A program made the translations under genes and the position numbers. A DNA stretch of 64,000 bases from Chrysomallon squamiferum (taxonomy: Eukaryota > Animalia > Mollusca): NCBI GenBank assembly GCA_012295275.1, contig CM022678.1:17918001-17982000 (forward strand), read 5' to 3'. Within the stretch, counting starts at the first letter, position 1. The number at the start of each line of letters is the position of its first letter. Under the pieces are notes generated by a model. That model was not told where the DNA came from and searched no databases. It saw only the letters and a program-made list of their open reading frames with translations. Positions 13,937-27,247 of this stretch are shown here, piece by piece.

Positions 13937-14136
13937 NNNNNNNNNNNNNNNNNNNNNNNNNNNNNNNNNNNNNNNNNNNNNNNNNNNNNNNNNNNNNNNN
14001 NNNNNNNNNNNNNNNNNNNNNNNNNNNNNNNNNNNNNNNNNNNNNNNNNNNNNNNNNNNNNNNNNNNNNNNNNNNNNNNNNNNNNNNNNNNNNNNNNNNN
14101 NNNNNNNNNNNNNNNNNNNNNNNNNNNNNNNNNNNN
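13937..14136. other. Assembly gap (200 N)
   Basis: Run of N characters. Confidence 1.
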
Positions 14137-14175
14137 AGATCTGTTATAAAATTAATAAAATTGTTTTCATTCCAG

Positions 14176-14624
14176 TGATGGTTTTGGAAGGACAGGTACT
14201 TTCATAGCTATAGATTATCTTCTTGACCAGGCACTGACCGAAGGAAAACTTAACGTACTTGGTTGTGTGTCACGTTTAAGAAAACAACGAACTCAAATGG
14301 TGCAAACTCTTGTGAGTATTTTGGATTATCTGCTCTTGTGAAACTTTTTTTCTTAACCCTGACATACTAATGCGAATAGTAAAATATATTGTCTATATAA
14401 CTATAACTAACCTCATTAATGATATACAATCAACATTATGTTTTTATTATTATTATCATCATAATCATCATCATAGTCATCATTATGCGTTTTATGTCGG
14501 TTTGTTTTTACAGTTTGTTTGTTTATTTAAACAATCTATTATTTTGTATGTTTCATTACAGATGCAGTACAGTTTTATTCATCAACTTCTATTAGAATGG
14601 TTGTTATCACTGAACACAATTTAA
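14176..14624 (+). CDS. Last two exons (14176-14311, 14562-14624) of a classical, probably receptor-type protein tyrosine phosphatase, copy 1. Upstream exons would lie in or beyond the gap.
   Basis: Translation (S)[45 protein letters not shown]|[20 protein letters not shown] contains the PTP P-loop tail GxGRTG, the LRxQR motif and the Q-loop VQTxxQYxFIH. Splice sites are canonical and in phase. Confidence 0.85.
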
Positions 14625-15343
14625 GACAGTTATGTAACAGAAACTGACTGCAAATAGGAAAGAGAAAATTAAAAATAAATAATCAAAAAATGAATTTGCA
14701 GTCACACTTTTAATTCTCTTTATGAACCTGAATATTTGCTTAATTCAGTTGTGTAGAATTAAAAACGAGAAAGTATTTTTACTGGAAAGAAACAGAAAGT
14801 AATAGATAGAATGACTTTAATTGGAATACAGAATGAAAAGAAACCTTTCTAACGAGAACGGAAAATGCGAAGCCATTGTTAACTAAACGAAATTTGACTC
14901 CACAAGGACGAAGATATTTCTATAATTAAGATGGCTGCTTCTTGTAAAGAATAAAGCGATTAATGCAAGCAAACTAAAATCTAATCTAGGGCGATCATTA
15001 CCATATTTTTTATATATATATATATATATATTTGTGATGACATATTTTTAGCCTAAATAAACATTATTTGAATAATCAGTTGAAATATATGAAGTTGTAT
15101 AAAAGGTACAACATATACTCAGAACTAAGGGAAATTTGTGTCCACAATAAAGATGGCTGCTCCTGTAATGGATAAAGTGACGAATGTAAACAAACTGAAA
15201 ACTAATATGAAAACTAATGGGTAATATCTAGGACGGTCATTGCCATATTTGAAAAGAAGGATTTTTAAAAACATTTTATGACACTTATATTGTCTAAATA
15301 TAATATACTTAATGATGATTGAAATGTAAAAATTGTGTGAGTG

Positions 15344-15404
<61 letters not shown>

Positions 15405-15679
15405 CTACAAATCAATTAAATTTTGTAAAGACCATAACTAAATGAATGTTTACATTCAGGCAATATCCGAAATTAGAAAGCAAAATATTTAAATTTTCTT
15501 TTTATACCAAATGCTATTTGCATGTGTATGTCTGTATAAGTGTGTTTTGATGTTTTTATTTACATATCTATTTGATACAGTATCTGCTTTGAAAAGTATA
15601 GTTTTGGTGATGGGAAACCTTAAAGTGTCAATTAATAATCTGATAAAACATTCAGATAACCTTTTCTTCTGTGCTAAAC

Positions 15680-17200
15680 TAATAATAATAATAATTTGAG
15701 TTGTGTGGTAGGTATCCTAAACACAGTAATAATAATAATAATTTGAGTTGTGTGGTAGGTATTCTAAACACAGTAATAATAATAATAATTTGAGTTGTGT
15801 GGTAGGTATCCTAAACACAGTAATAATAATAATAATTTGAGTTGTGTGGTAGTTATTCTAAACACAGTAATAATAATAATAATTTGAGTTGTGTGGTAGG
15901 TATTCTAAACACAGTAATAATAATAATAATTTGAGTTGTGTGGTAGGTATCCTAAAAACAGTAATAATAATAATAATTTGAGTTGTGTGGTAGGTATCCT
16001 AAACACAGTAATAATAATAATAATTTGAGTTGTGTGGTAGGTATCCTAAAAACAGTAATAATAATAATAATTTGAGTTGTGTGGTAGGTATCCTAAACAC
16101 AGTAATAATAATAATAATTTGAGTTGTGTGGTAGGTATTCTAAACACAGTAATAATAATAATAATTTGAGTTGTGTGGTAGGTATCCTAAACACAGTAAT
16201 AATAATAATAATTTGAGTTGTGTGGTAGGTATCCTAAACACAGTAATAATAATAATAATTTGAGTTGTGGTAGGTATCCCAAACACAGTAATAATAATAA
16301 TAATTTGAGTTGTGTGGTAGGTATCCTAAACACAGTAATAATAATAATAATTTGAGTTGTGTGGTAGGTATTCTAAACACAGTAATAATAATAATAATTT
16401 GAGTTGTGTGGTAGGTATCCTAAACACAGTAATAATAATAATAATTTGAGTTGTGTGGTAGGTATCCTAAACACAGTAATAATAATAATAATTTGAGTTG
16501 TGTGGTAGGTATCCTAAACACAGTAATAATAATAATAATTTGAGTTGTGTGGTAGGTATCCTAAACACAGTAATAATAATAATAATTTGAGTTGTGTGGT
16601 AGGTATCCTAAACACAGTAATAATAATAATAATTTGAGTTGTGTGGTAGGTATCCTAAACACAGTAATAATAATAATAATTTGAGTTGTGTGGTAGGTAT
16701 CCTAAACACAGTAATAATAATAATAATTTGAGTTGTGTGGTAGGTATCCTAAACACAGTAATAATAATAATAATTTGAGTTGTGTGGTAGGTATCCTAAA
16801 CACAGTAATAATAATAATAATTTGAGTTGTGTGGTAGGTATCCTAAACACAGTAATAATAATAATAATTTGAGTTGTGTGGTAGGTATCCTAAACACAGT
16901 AATAATAATAATAATTTGAGTTGTGTGGTAGGTATCCTAAACACAGTAATAATAATAATAATTTGAGTTGTGTGGTAGGTATCCTAAACACAGTAATAAT
17001 AATAATAATTTGAGTTGTGTGGTAGGTATCCCTAAACACAGTAATAATAATAATAATTTGAGTGGTAGGTATTGTGTGGTAGGTATCCTAAACACAGTAA
17101 TAATAATAATAATTTGAGTTGTGTGGTAGGTATCCTAAACACAGTAATAATAATAATAATTTGAGTTGTGTGGTAGGTATCCTAAACACAGTAATAATAA
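15680..17200. repeat. 47-bp minisatellite, about 32 highly homogeneous units
   Basis: Unit GTAATAATAATAATAATTTGAGTTGTGTGGTAGGTATCCTAAACACA repeated head to tail without spacers. Confidence 0.97.
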
Positions 17201-19249
17201 CATTAACAAGAGCTGTTATAATAAACATTTTAAAATGAATTTAAGTTTTCTTATAATTTTCTTCCTTTTTCATAGACATGAGTCTGTCATATAGAGTTGT
17301 TTGCAAAAATGGGTTTAACTCTCTCTTCCTATTTCTTTACCTCACTCTGTCTTTCCCCTCTCTCTCTCTCTTTCGGTTCCTCTGTGTGTATGTTTTTATG
17401 TATTTACATTTGTGTGTTTTCATAACTGTGTAGGTGTTTATGTTTATACAAGGTTCACATGTCTGTGTGTGTTTGTATGTGGTTGTGTGTGTGTGCGCTG
17501 CACATGCATAATTTTAAACATTGCAACAGCAGAGAAAAGTCCAGTCAAATTATGTCCTTACGAAGCAGATAACACAACAACAAAACTTAATATAGTAGAA
17601 TGACATGAAACACGAACATCGTAGTTTCTAAAAAGATCTTAATATATAGAGAAAGATATACATGCTTCACTATACTTTAATTTCATTTCATTTATTTCAT
17701 TTTATTAAGATTTTTTTGTTTGGTTTTTTTTTTGTGTTTTTCTTTACTGAATTATACAAATTTCGAAATTCATTTTCAAAAACATTTCGTTTAAACTAAA
17801 GAAAAAATTAATATATTTATTAAAATAGTAATAATAATAATAGTAATAATAATAATAATAGTAATAGTAATAGTAATAAATGAATAAATAAATAAATAAA
17901 TAAATATGATATTCAGTTTTTTCATTTTAGTAATCGTAAATCTTTTATTCATACACTACCTACTACTTCATAGCTTTACTATATCCCGGAAAAAGAAGGG
18001 ACGTTACTCTAATACGAGTTTAGCTGACTCGATCGATAATTTAATGGTTTCACAAGCTCAGCAGCAGAGAGACAAATCTGGATTTTTAGTGTAAAAATAT
18101 TGAGTTATTTTTTTAAATTATTAAAATAAATTAAATTTAAGAATAATATACTTGTCTTAAGTGACAATGAGGTTATATGAGTCGCATAAGAATAGTTTGT
18201 TGTCTCCACCCAACAATGCCGGATACATACCGATAGGTAGGCAAACATTTTCAAGATGGTTAATCAGTAGCCTTATTTACTGTTAAAGTGCTATATACAT
18301 CGACAGCTGGTTTAAATTCTCACATTTATGTTGACTGTTGGAGCTATTAAAGGAAAAGTTAATATCTGTAACATTTAAAACGGCAGGCTTTACTTCCAAA
18401 TTACAGTTGCAAGATGGTTGCAATTAATCATTTATAATTCATTAATTTACGTTATCAAATAAATTATATCATGTATAATCTGTATAACTAATTCTCGTCT
18501 GCATAATTATCACTATTGTTAAGTCCTTACAATTATCATTTTGTGGTGCCATTAACAAATACCAAAATATTAAATTATTAAACGAGATAAAGAGGAAATT
18601 AAAGTTGCCTGTTGACCAATTAGCTGTTAATAAATGTACACACAGTACACAAAAAAAAAAATCATGCATTAGTACACCTGATCAAGTTCATGCAAGAACA
18701 ATGCTGGTTGCAGGTACAAAAACATAATGTAAATTTCACATTTTCTTAGTGCTTGAACATTTTCAGTTACATGTTTGTTTATCTGTTTTTAGATGAATTC
18801 TGTGTTAATAAATTATTTCTGATAATATTTGTTTTTGAATCAAACTGTCCCTAAATTATTCACAGTAAATTAGGATATTTCCTTTGAATTTGAATCATGA
18901 TTTATGTGAAATCATGAGAAAGCACCAGAATACTCTTCCCCTGATTTGAAAGTAGGTTTTGTAATTTGAACAGTAACTTTGTATCGTTATTACCATTATT
19001 GCCATTATTATTAACATTTTGTTATTATGGTTACTATCATTAATGATATCATTATTATTATTATTATAATTATAATTTATTGGTTTTATCATCATTATTT
19101 TAAATTTATATAATTATTATTTACTGATATTACTACTGTTATTATTATAATGATTATTTACTGAAATTGTTTCTTTAATTTATATTTATTTATTTAAATT
19201 CTTAGATGATTTTCTTCACATCATGCTAGACTTTAGCACTGTTTGAAAA

Positions 19250-20053
19250 ATGGGTCAAGCTAACTCAAGCAGGAAGCTTTCTGGGAGGCATGTGCCTTTG
19301 GACGAACTCACCTTGTGAGAAAATTCATAGAAGAAGGAATAGATGTTAATTATGTCTCATACACTGTAAGTTACACAGAGTGAAATTTTCAAAACCAGAC
19401 CCTGAATTCTCCAAAACAGCACACAATGTACAGCAAAACAATTTACGTGTTCTTATAATACCTAAACCTCAATAAAAACAACAGCCCCCTCCAAACCAAA
19501 CCTAACTTTTTTAATCCTCATACTATTCAGTTATGAAAATTTGTTTCTCCATTTAACTTTATGAAAATGTTTTTAAAATTATTTTTTTAAGTTAGTCATT
19601 ATTAATACAAACATTGGGATGATTTTCTTTTTCTGAGAAACTGTTTGATAATATCTGGGGTAAATTTATGATTTATTTCCTTAAAAGTTTAATGGAAATA
19701 AATGATTTTGTATCTTTATAAATATGTGAAAAAATATATTCAAATATTTTTTATTTTTTATTTTTTTTAAATTTATATAGATTAGGCTTTTGTTCAAAAA
19801 CTTAAAAAGGCAAATAGGATAATGTGTATTTTTGATAAAATTGTAAATATGCATGCACATGTATTTAAATTTATACATATGCGAGTGTGAGTATGTTCAT
19901 ACATACATATAATGTAACATACACACGTGTATTAATACACTTTAATTGTATTTACAGCAAGACTGCTGCCCTATTCATGTGGCATCTCAAGGAAAACCTG
20001 ATGTTGTACACTTACTGCTTGAAGCAAAGTGCGATGTGAATGTCAAGGACTTT
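19250..20053 (+). pseudogene. Truncated, frameshifted duplicate of the first two coding exons of the ankyrin gene (19250-19365, 19958-20053)
   Basis: Near-identical to 29253-29369 and 29938-30033, but reads TCAAGCAGG instead of TCAAGGCAGG (1-bp deletion at codon 7). No later exons follow. Confidence 0.88.
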
Positions 20054-20734
20054 GTAAATACCTAATTTATTTTCATGATTAAATAATACCATAGTAACAA
20101 ATTGTAAATATCTAATTTTGTATTATTATTATGTTAAATACTACGATATTAACAATATTTAAAATATCTGATTTTATTATTATTATCTTCAGATATTACT
20201 TTAGTATAAGAAATTGAAAATATCAAATTTATTATGTTTAATATTGTGATAGTAACAATTTTTAAATATCAAATATTACCATAATAACCAATTGTAGATA
20301 TCTTATTTTCTTATTATTATATTTAAATATTACCAGTTTTATATTTGGTATATTACAGTAATTATAAGTCTGCATATCTCTGATTACTTTTTAAAAATAA
20401 AATTCTAATATTTTCTAATAAAAGAAAAGCCCATAAAAATAAAATGAATAAATAAATATATAATTTCTATTTTTTATTTATTTATTTATTTATTTTTATG
20501 GGCTTTTTTTATTAGAAAATACTAAATAATAATTGATATTTTCAGTTTTTCTTTTGAATCGGGCAACGCTATGTCAATTTCTAATTAATACAAAAATGAA
20601 AATGATATATCAGTGTTTATTTTGAAATTTACATTAGAATACTTTTTCCCCTTGTTATTTTCCTTGTTCACTTTGCGTTTCTCCCACGTGAAATTAAGTT
20701 CCCTTTTAAATTATTAAAATTGTTTTCATTGCAG

Positions 20735-21223
<489 letters not shown>

Positions 21224-21789
21224 GAGAAACGGACTGCAAACAGGAAAGAGAAAATTAAAAATGAATAAATAAAAACTGAATTTACAGTCTGATTTTTAAC
21301 TTTTTAAGAGGCTGAATATATCGCTAATCCATGTCAGGATTTGTAAAGGAGAAAGTATCTTCATTGGAAAGAAACAGAAAGTAACAGAAGTACATTACTT
21401 GTATCGGAACATAGGAAACAATTTGTTGCTGAATTTATGAATTCAGTGATATCTGAAACTCTTGTGATGATAAATAAAAATGATAGGTCATTGTCAACTG
21501 GGAGAAGTTTTAAAACATTTTTGTGATACATGTTTTTATAATGAGTTGAAGTATACGAAGTTGTATAAAATGTTCAAAATATAGAAGTGTTGTTCTTCTA
21601 TAAAGGAATAAATAAAAAAATATACATTATTGTCCTGCTTGACGTAGTGCAAAACGGAGGAGAGATTGCCAAAAACTGGATATCTGGTGTGTCTAACAAC
21701 ATCCAGAACTAGTCTAGTGTCTGTTGTTAGTTGTATGTAAAGATAATCAAGATTTCAATACTGCAATATTCCACTTAGAAATATATTTC

Positions 21790-22392
21790 AGTTAGTTTGA
21801 TCACAATGTATAGTTTTCTCAACTTCTTAGTTTATTTCATTACAATGCAGATTTCTTCCATTATTGCTGTTAGTTTCATTATTTTGCAATTTCATCACAA
21901 TCTGGAATAGTTTCATAATTGTTTTTAGCTTCACCACAGTTTATTCATCACAATGAAGAGAGATTTCATTATTTTTGTTTGTTTCATCACAATGTAGAGT
22001 TGTTTCATTATTTTCGTTAGTTTAGTCACAGTGAAGAGACATTTCATTACTGTTGTTAGTTCCACTACCATATCGAATTCGTTCATTATTTTTGTTAGTT
22101 TTATCAGAATGTAGAATTGTTTCATTATTACTGTTACTTTTAGGAGGATATAGAGTTGTTTGATTATTTTTGTTAGTTTCATCACAATGTATTGTTGTTT
22201 AATTATTGTTCTTAGTTTCATCACACTGAATACGTGTTTCATTATTTTTGTTAGTTTCATCACAATGAAGAGGTGTTTCATTCTTGTTCTTTCTTTGATC
22301 ACAATGTAGAGGTGATTCATCATTTTTGTTCGTGTTCTTCATAATGAAGAGCTGTTTCATTATTTTTGTTAGATTCATGAGAAGGTTTATCT
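21790..22392 (-). repeat. Degenerate 39-bp tandem repeat with coding-like character (NKNNETxLHCDET units)
   Basis: 13-codon periodicity with consensus AACAAAAATAATGAAACAACTCTACATTGTGATGAAACT on the minus strand. Confidence 0.75.
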
Positions 22393-23693
22393 CTGTGTAT
22401 GTTTATGAGAGAGAGAGACATGTAGTGTTTAATTTACATACCTATTTTATTTAGGATCTGCTAAAAGAAATTCTTAGAATCTGTTTGTGTGTTTATGAAT
22501 GGGTGTGGGTGTCCATGTCTGTGTGTGTGTATTTGTTTTTCACACAATGTGGAGCTGATTCTTGTGAAATTACTTCCTTGCTGTGTTTCTCTGTGTGTGT
22601 GTGTAGAATTTTTGACATTGCTCAGTAGAGAAGAGTCCAGTGAAGTTACTTCCTTATTGAGAAAATAATATAAAAAAATTAACATAGTAGAAACACAAAA
22701 TTAAATTTAATTGAATGGTTTCCCAAGGACAGCAGCAGACAGAGAAATCTGGAATTTTAGTCCAAAAATATTTATTATTAAAATTAATTAGATTTAAGAA
22801 TAATATACTTGTCTTATATAACAACGACCTTATATGAGTTGCAAAAGTTTTGTTTGGTCTCTCCACCAAACATTGCCGGATACACAGCGATAGGTAGGCG
22901 AGCCTTTTCAACTCGGTTAGTTGGCAGCCTTATTTACTGTTTTGTACATCGACAGCTTGGGTATGTTGATTGTTTAAGCTATTAGCGGTACAAATACCTG
23001 TGACATTTAAAAGGACGGGTTTTTGCTTTTTTTCATGTATCATATTTGTAAATAAATTTAAAATTATCAAAAATATAATCAATTAAAATTAGATAAATAA
23101 ATAAATAAATAAATAATAATAACAACAACAACAATAATAATTAAAAAAAACAATTAAAAAAAAGGAAAATATTAAATAATTTGTTCTTTGTTACTAGTGT
23201 TCCTTCCTTGTGCATGTAAGGCTATATATACATATTCATGTATGTATGTATGCATGTATGTAAACATTTATGATTCTATCTAAATTTATATGAATGTATG
23301 AATGTATTTATATACGTACGTATGAATCACAAAATGTACATTCGTATGTGCATACAAAAGATATACTGCCAGCGTAGTATGATCTCTATTCGAAATGTAG
23401 ATATGCGTCAGTGTAAAATATGAGAAAATGTTTATTTTTAAATCTGACAATCTCTACCACCTACAAGGAAACCGAAACTGCAAGTAGGACCAAAGCGACC
23501 ATAAACGACAGAACATTCTGGTATTACTGGGAAAATATAAGTATTTTTTGTTTCTTTCTTCTTCGTCTGAAGTATTTAAGATAGTTTGTTACGTATAGCA
23601 GAACAGATACTGGAAACTCGATTAACTTTCTCACTCACGAATTTACAAGAATATTGAGATACCCGATTCTCGCGGACGGAAGTTCAATTAACA

Positions 23694-24706
23694 ATGTCCC
23701 CGATTATAATTTTGCTGTTTGTTTTATCGCAGACAGGTAAGTGTGTTATGAATTCTTTAAATACGTATTTGAATCTGTGTGCTGCATTTGTCTCTGATGT
23801 CTGTATGTGCGTACGCGCGTGCGTATTTTTGGTATCTTAAATATGTAAGAAACACTTACATGTTTAGGCCACATAAACTAACTTAATACTTTTATATTGT
23901 GTTAAAAATAACGACACACTCTAATGAGAAAACTGAGAAAGAGAAACGTGATATTCAGATAATTAAATTGTAAACTTTGCAGTTAAGTATAAATAAATGA
24001 AATATAATCCTAAATCTCGCACAATATATAATATCTACGTATCTATCCATCTATCTATCTATATTTTTCTCTACACATATGTAACATGTTTCAAATACAC
24101 TTCGAGCCAAAATATACGTACATCTGATGAAGAAGAAAAACAAAACAATTATACGCTCATCGGAAACTTTGATATAAAAATACATAGAGCAGTAGAATTT
24201 ATTTCCAGTCATTTGCATTCCTAAATTAAATAATTAAACACATAATGAGCACACTTTGTTATTTGTATAATAATCCTTGCTAAATCCTTCTTGAACTTCA
24301 AATAACAGCTCAGATACAATTTTAATCTATTAATTAACACAGTAGTGAAAATAATTGTAACAGATTTATAATTCTCCCCCCACCAAGATAATCTTAATAA
24401 CGAATTATCACTAGAAATAAGTAGTTTAACAACACTGAGTACAGCACAAAAAATATCTGGGAGCTGTTTTTATTTCTGTATCAGTGAAGTCATTACATGT
24501 AGGACGTATCTTTTTGCTCTAAAGCAGAGGTCGGTAACCTTCTCGCTAGGGACATCAGTAGACTTTATTTTGTGACTATTGTGGGCATTTTGCCTTTTTG
24601 GGTTGATCGCAAATTTAGACTTGGTGATTCCCTTACCTATGTAAAGCCATGATCTCTTATTTTTCTTCTCTCTCTCTTTTTTTTTTTTTTTTTCTTTCTT
24701 TTGCTA

Positions 24707-24737
<31 letters not shown>

Positions 24738-26704
24738 GTATATATCTTTCAATTATTTAATTGTTTTAGTTCAATTTCTGTAAATATGATTTAAGTTTGA
24801 TCCTTTAATTCTGAAATTATTGTGTGTCTGATGGGCGTTCCAACTGTTTGAAATTGGTCATACCTGAAAAATGGTTACCCTGCAACAAAACCAACACTAG
24901 CAAAAAAATCTAAAAACAAATTTAAAAAAGAGCAAAGACAACGAACTAATAAATAAATAAATAAATAAATAAGTAAAATTACTCAGAAGTGTATATGTGT
25001 GTGCGTCTGTGTGTATGTGTATATGTATGTATGTATGTTAATATTTCAATATAAGTATATACAATATGTGTGTGTTAATGTGTATGTTTGTATGTATGTC
25101 TGTATGTACACATTTACATCGTGAACAATATTTGATATAATGTTTTTTTCAACTTGTTCAGTTTCAGTTGCGTGTTTCACATGTAAAGACAACTCTGACT
25201 TATGTTCCCCCCAAAACTGCGAGCAGGAAAACTATGAGGACTGTATGAAGACTTGTGAAGTTTGTTCAGGTAAAGTTATCAATGTTCCAGCATAGCAGAG
25301 TCAACAAGAGCAGGACAGATATCACAGATAGTTCATATGTTAGTAACGATACATACACACAATAGTTCATATGTTAAGTAAGGATACATACACAGTATAA
25401 CTGATATGTCCAGTAAGGATAGATACTCAGTAGAGTTGATATGTTAGTAAAGCTATAGATATAAACAGGATAGTTGGTTCATTATGTAAGCACAGATATA
25501 CAAAATATTCGGTGTGTTAAATGAGGATAGCTAACTAGGATAGATGAATCATATACATGTCTGATAGGAGAGATAACAGATAGGAACGGATTTATTAGGA
25601 ACGATATGCATTCAGAAAACAAACTAGATATGTTATTCAGAATTCCATGACAGTAGACATATTTTAGGTAGGATAGATACGCATGACAGATAATAACATA
25701 CAAAGGAAAGCTATGTATTAGGCAGGATAGTTTGTATAAGTAGGATGTGTGTTCAGGTTACAGCTATGTTCAGATACAATTGATGGATGCACGTAATACT
25801 TGGTATACGAGTATACTACATATACTTGAAATGATAGATATATAGGACGTAACGGCTGGCAGTTTAATTTTGTGAGTGTGCACATACGAACATGCACACA
25901 CCAAATACAACACTGTCACAAAAACATGAACATGTTTAATTTGTGTTAATAAATATAACGATTATTCTTTTTGTACACATGCATACTGAAATACACTATT
26001 TCTGTTTTAATTGTAGTATGTCAACATAATTAATTTCATTTACTCGTGCACCCTTCTCTCTCAATTTATCTTTTAATTACTGCAAATGTGGTAGCAGTTC
26101 ACACACACACCCTCCTCTAATTCTCAGTAAATTAATACGAGTAATTCTATTTTTAGATGAGGGGTGCTCTGAAGGTTATTACCATGGTGATGGCAACACG
26201 TGTATTTCCTGTGCTGTCAAAGACACAAAAAATTCACAAAGTTACAAAGAAAAATGTAATATATTTTGTCCGAGTAACAAAACACATGGCAAACACTGTG
26301 AAAAGAACTGTAGTGACAGCTGCTTGAACAGAAGATGTCTCCGCTGGACGGGAGATTGTGAACGTTGTCCTTCTGGATTTTATGGACCACGTTGCCAGCA
26401 GAGTTCTCATTGTAATAACATCAACGAAAAAGGCTTCTGCATCGGTGACTGTTCTGCTGGGTTTTTTGGTCCAGAGTGCGAAGAAGAGTGTCCAGACAGA
26501 TGTAAAGACGAAGTCTGCAACACACAGACAGGAGAGTGTTTACAATGCGTCGAAGGATTTTGGGGTAAATTTTGTGAGCTTCGTTGTTCAAACAACTGTC
26601 TAAGAAATTCCTGTAAAAGAAACGGGCAATGCTCTCTCGGTTGCAAAGTTGGATTTTCCGGAATGAACTGCTCAAAGAAATGCGGCGAGAACTGTGCGAA
26701 CTGA
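23694..26704 (+). CDS. Predicted secreted ShKT plus EGF-like-repeat (MEGF10/SREC-type) protein, 232 aa. Exons 23694-23736, 25162-25269, 26157-26704.
   Basis: Exon 1 MSPIIILLFVLSQT plus VSVA is a hydrophobic signal peptide. Exon 2 CKDNSDLCSPQNCEQENYEDCMKTCEVC has six Cys ending CxxxCxxC (ShKT). Exon 3 is Cys-rich with CxxGFYGxxC/GFFG/GFWG repeats. Both introns are phase 1 and GT-AG, and the 699 nt are open. Confidence 0.82.
24525..24882. mobile_element. Possible hAT/Charlie-like MITE remnant in intron 1 of the ShKT-EGF gene
   Basis: 5' end CAGAGGTCGGTAACCTT and partially complementary 3' end ATGGTTACCCTG. No clear target-site duplication. Confidence 0.3.
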
Positions 26705-26706
26705 TA

Positions 26707-26780
26707 AGTTTTATTAATCAACTTCTGTTAGAATGGTTGTTATCATTCAACATCATTTCAGAGAGAGTGATGTAGCAGAA
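26707..26780 (+). pseudogene. PTP terminal-exon remnant (copy 3), now in the 3' UTR of the ShKT-EGF ORF
   Basis: AGTTTTATTAATCAACTTCTGTTAGAATGGTTGTTATCATTCAACATCATTTCAGAGAGAGTGATGTAG aligns with 14571-14640 and 21155-21225. Confidence 0.85.
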
Positions 26781-27154
26781 CAGTTAAAACACTTTTGTGA
26801 CACTTGTATTAAATCTAAATAAAATATGTTAACACTAAATAATATTTGCATGTGTATATCTGTGGGAATGTGTTTTGCTGTTTTTATTTACATATCTATT
26901 TCAGACAGGATCTGCTTTGAAAAATATTAGTGTTAATTTATAATCATGTATTGCGATAAAACATTCAGATAACCTTTTTTCTCTGTTTTAAACTAATAAT
27001 AATAATTTGTGTAGTGTGGTAAGGATACTAAAAGCAATAATAATAACATTAACAACAGCTGTTATAATAAAACTTTAAAATCAAATAAATCTTCTTATCA
27101 TTTTCTTCCTTTCTCATAGACAGGAAGAAGTGTGTCAGAGATGTATGCAAAAGC

Positions 27155-27247
<93 letters not shown>

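Larger units (their letters stand above)
14137..20335 (+). repeat. Segmental duplication copy 1: PTP 3' end, spacer and ankyrin 5' end. Homologous to 26707-30316 and partly to 20710-23010.
   Basis: Long near-identical tracts, for example 17905-20335 versus 27914-30316. ORF-track pairs 17906/27915 and 18469/28475 are near-identical. Homology ends at TTACCA (20335 and 30316). Confidence 0.95.

Noticed and set aside
13878-14207. ORFs spanning the N run
   Set aside because: Artefact of translating through the assembly gap.
15680-17200. CRISPR-like array
   Set aside because: Units are contiguous and nearly identical with no unique spacers and no cas genes, in a eukaryotic context. It is a minisatellite.
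21931-22323. 130-aa minus-strand ORF with MKxLxIVMKLTKI repeats
   Set aside because: This is a by-product of the 39-bp repeat with no recognisable domain. The alternative frame looks more protein-like.
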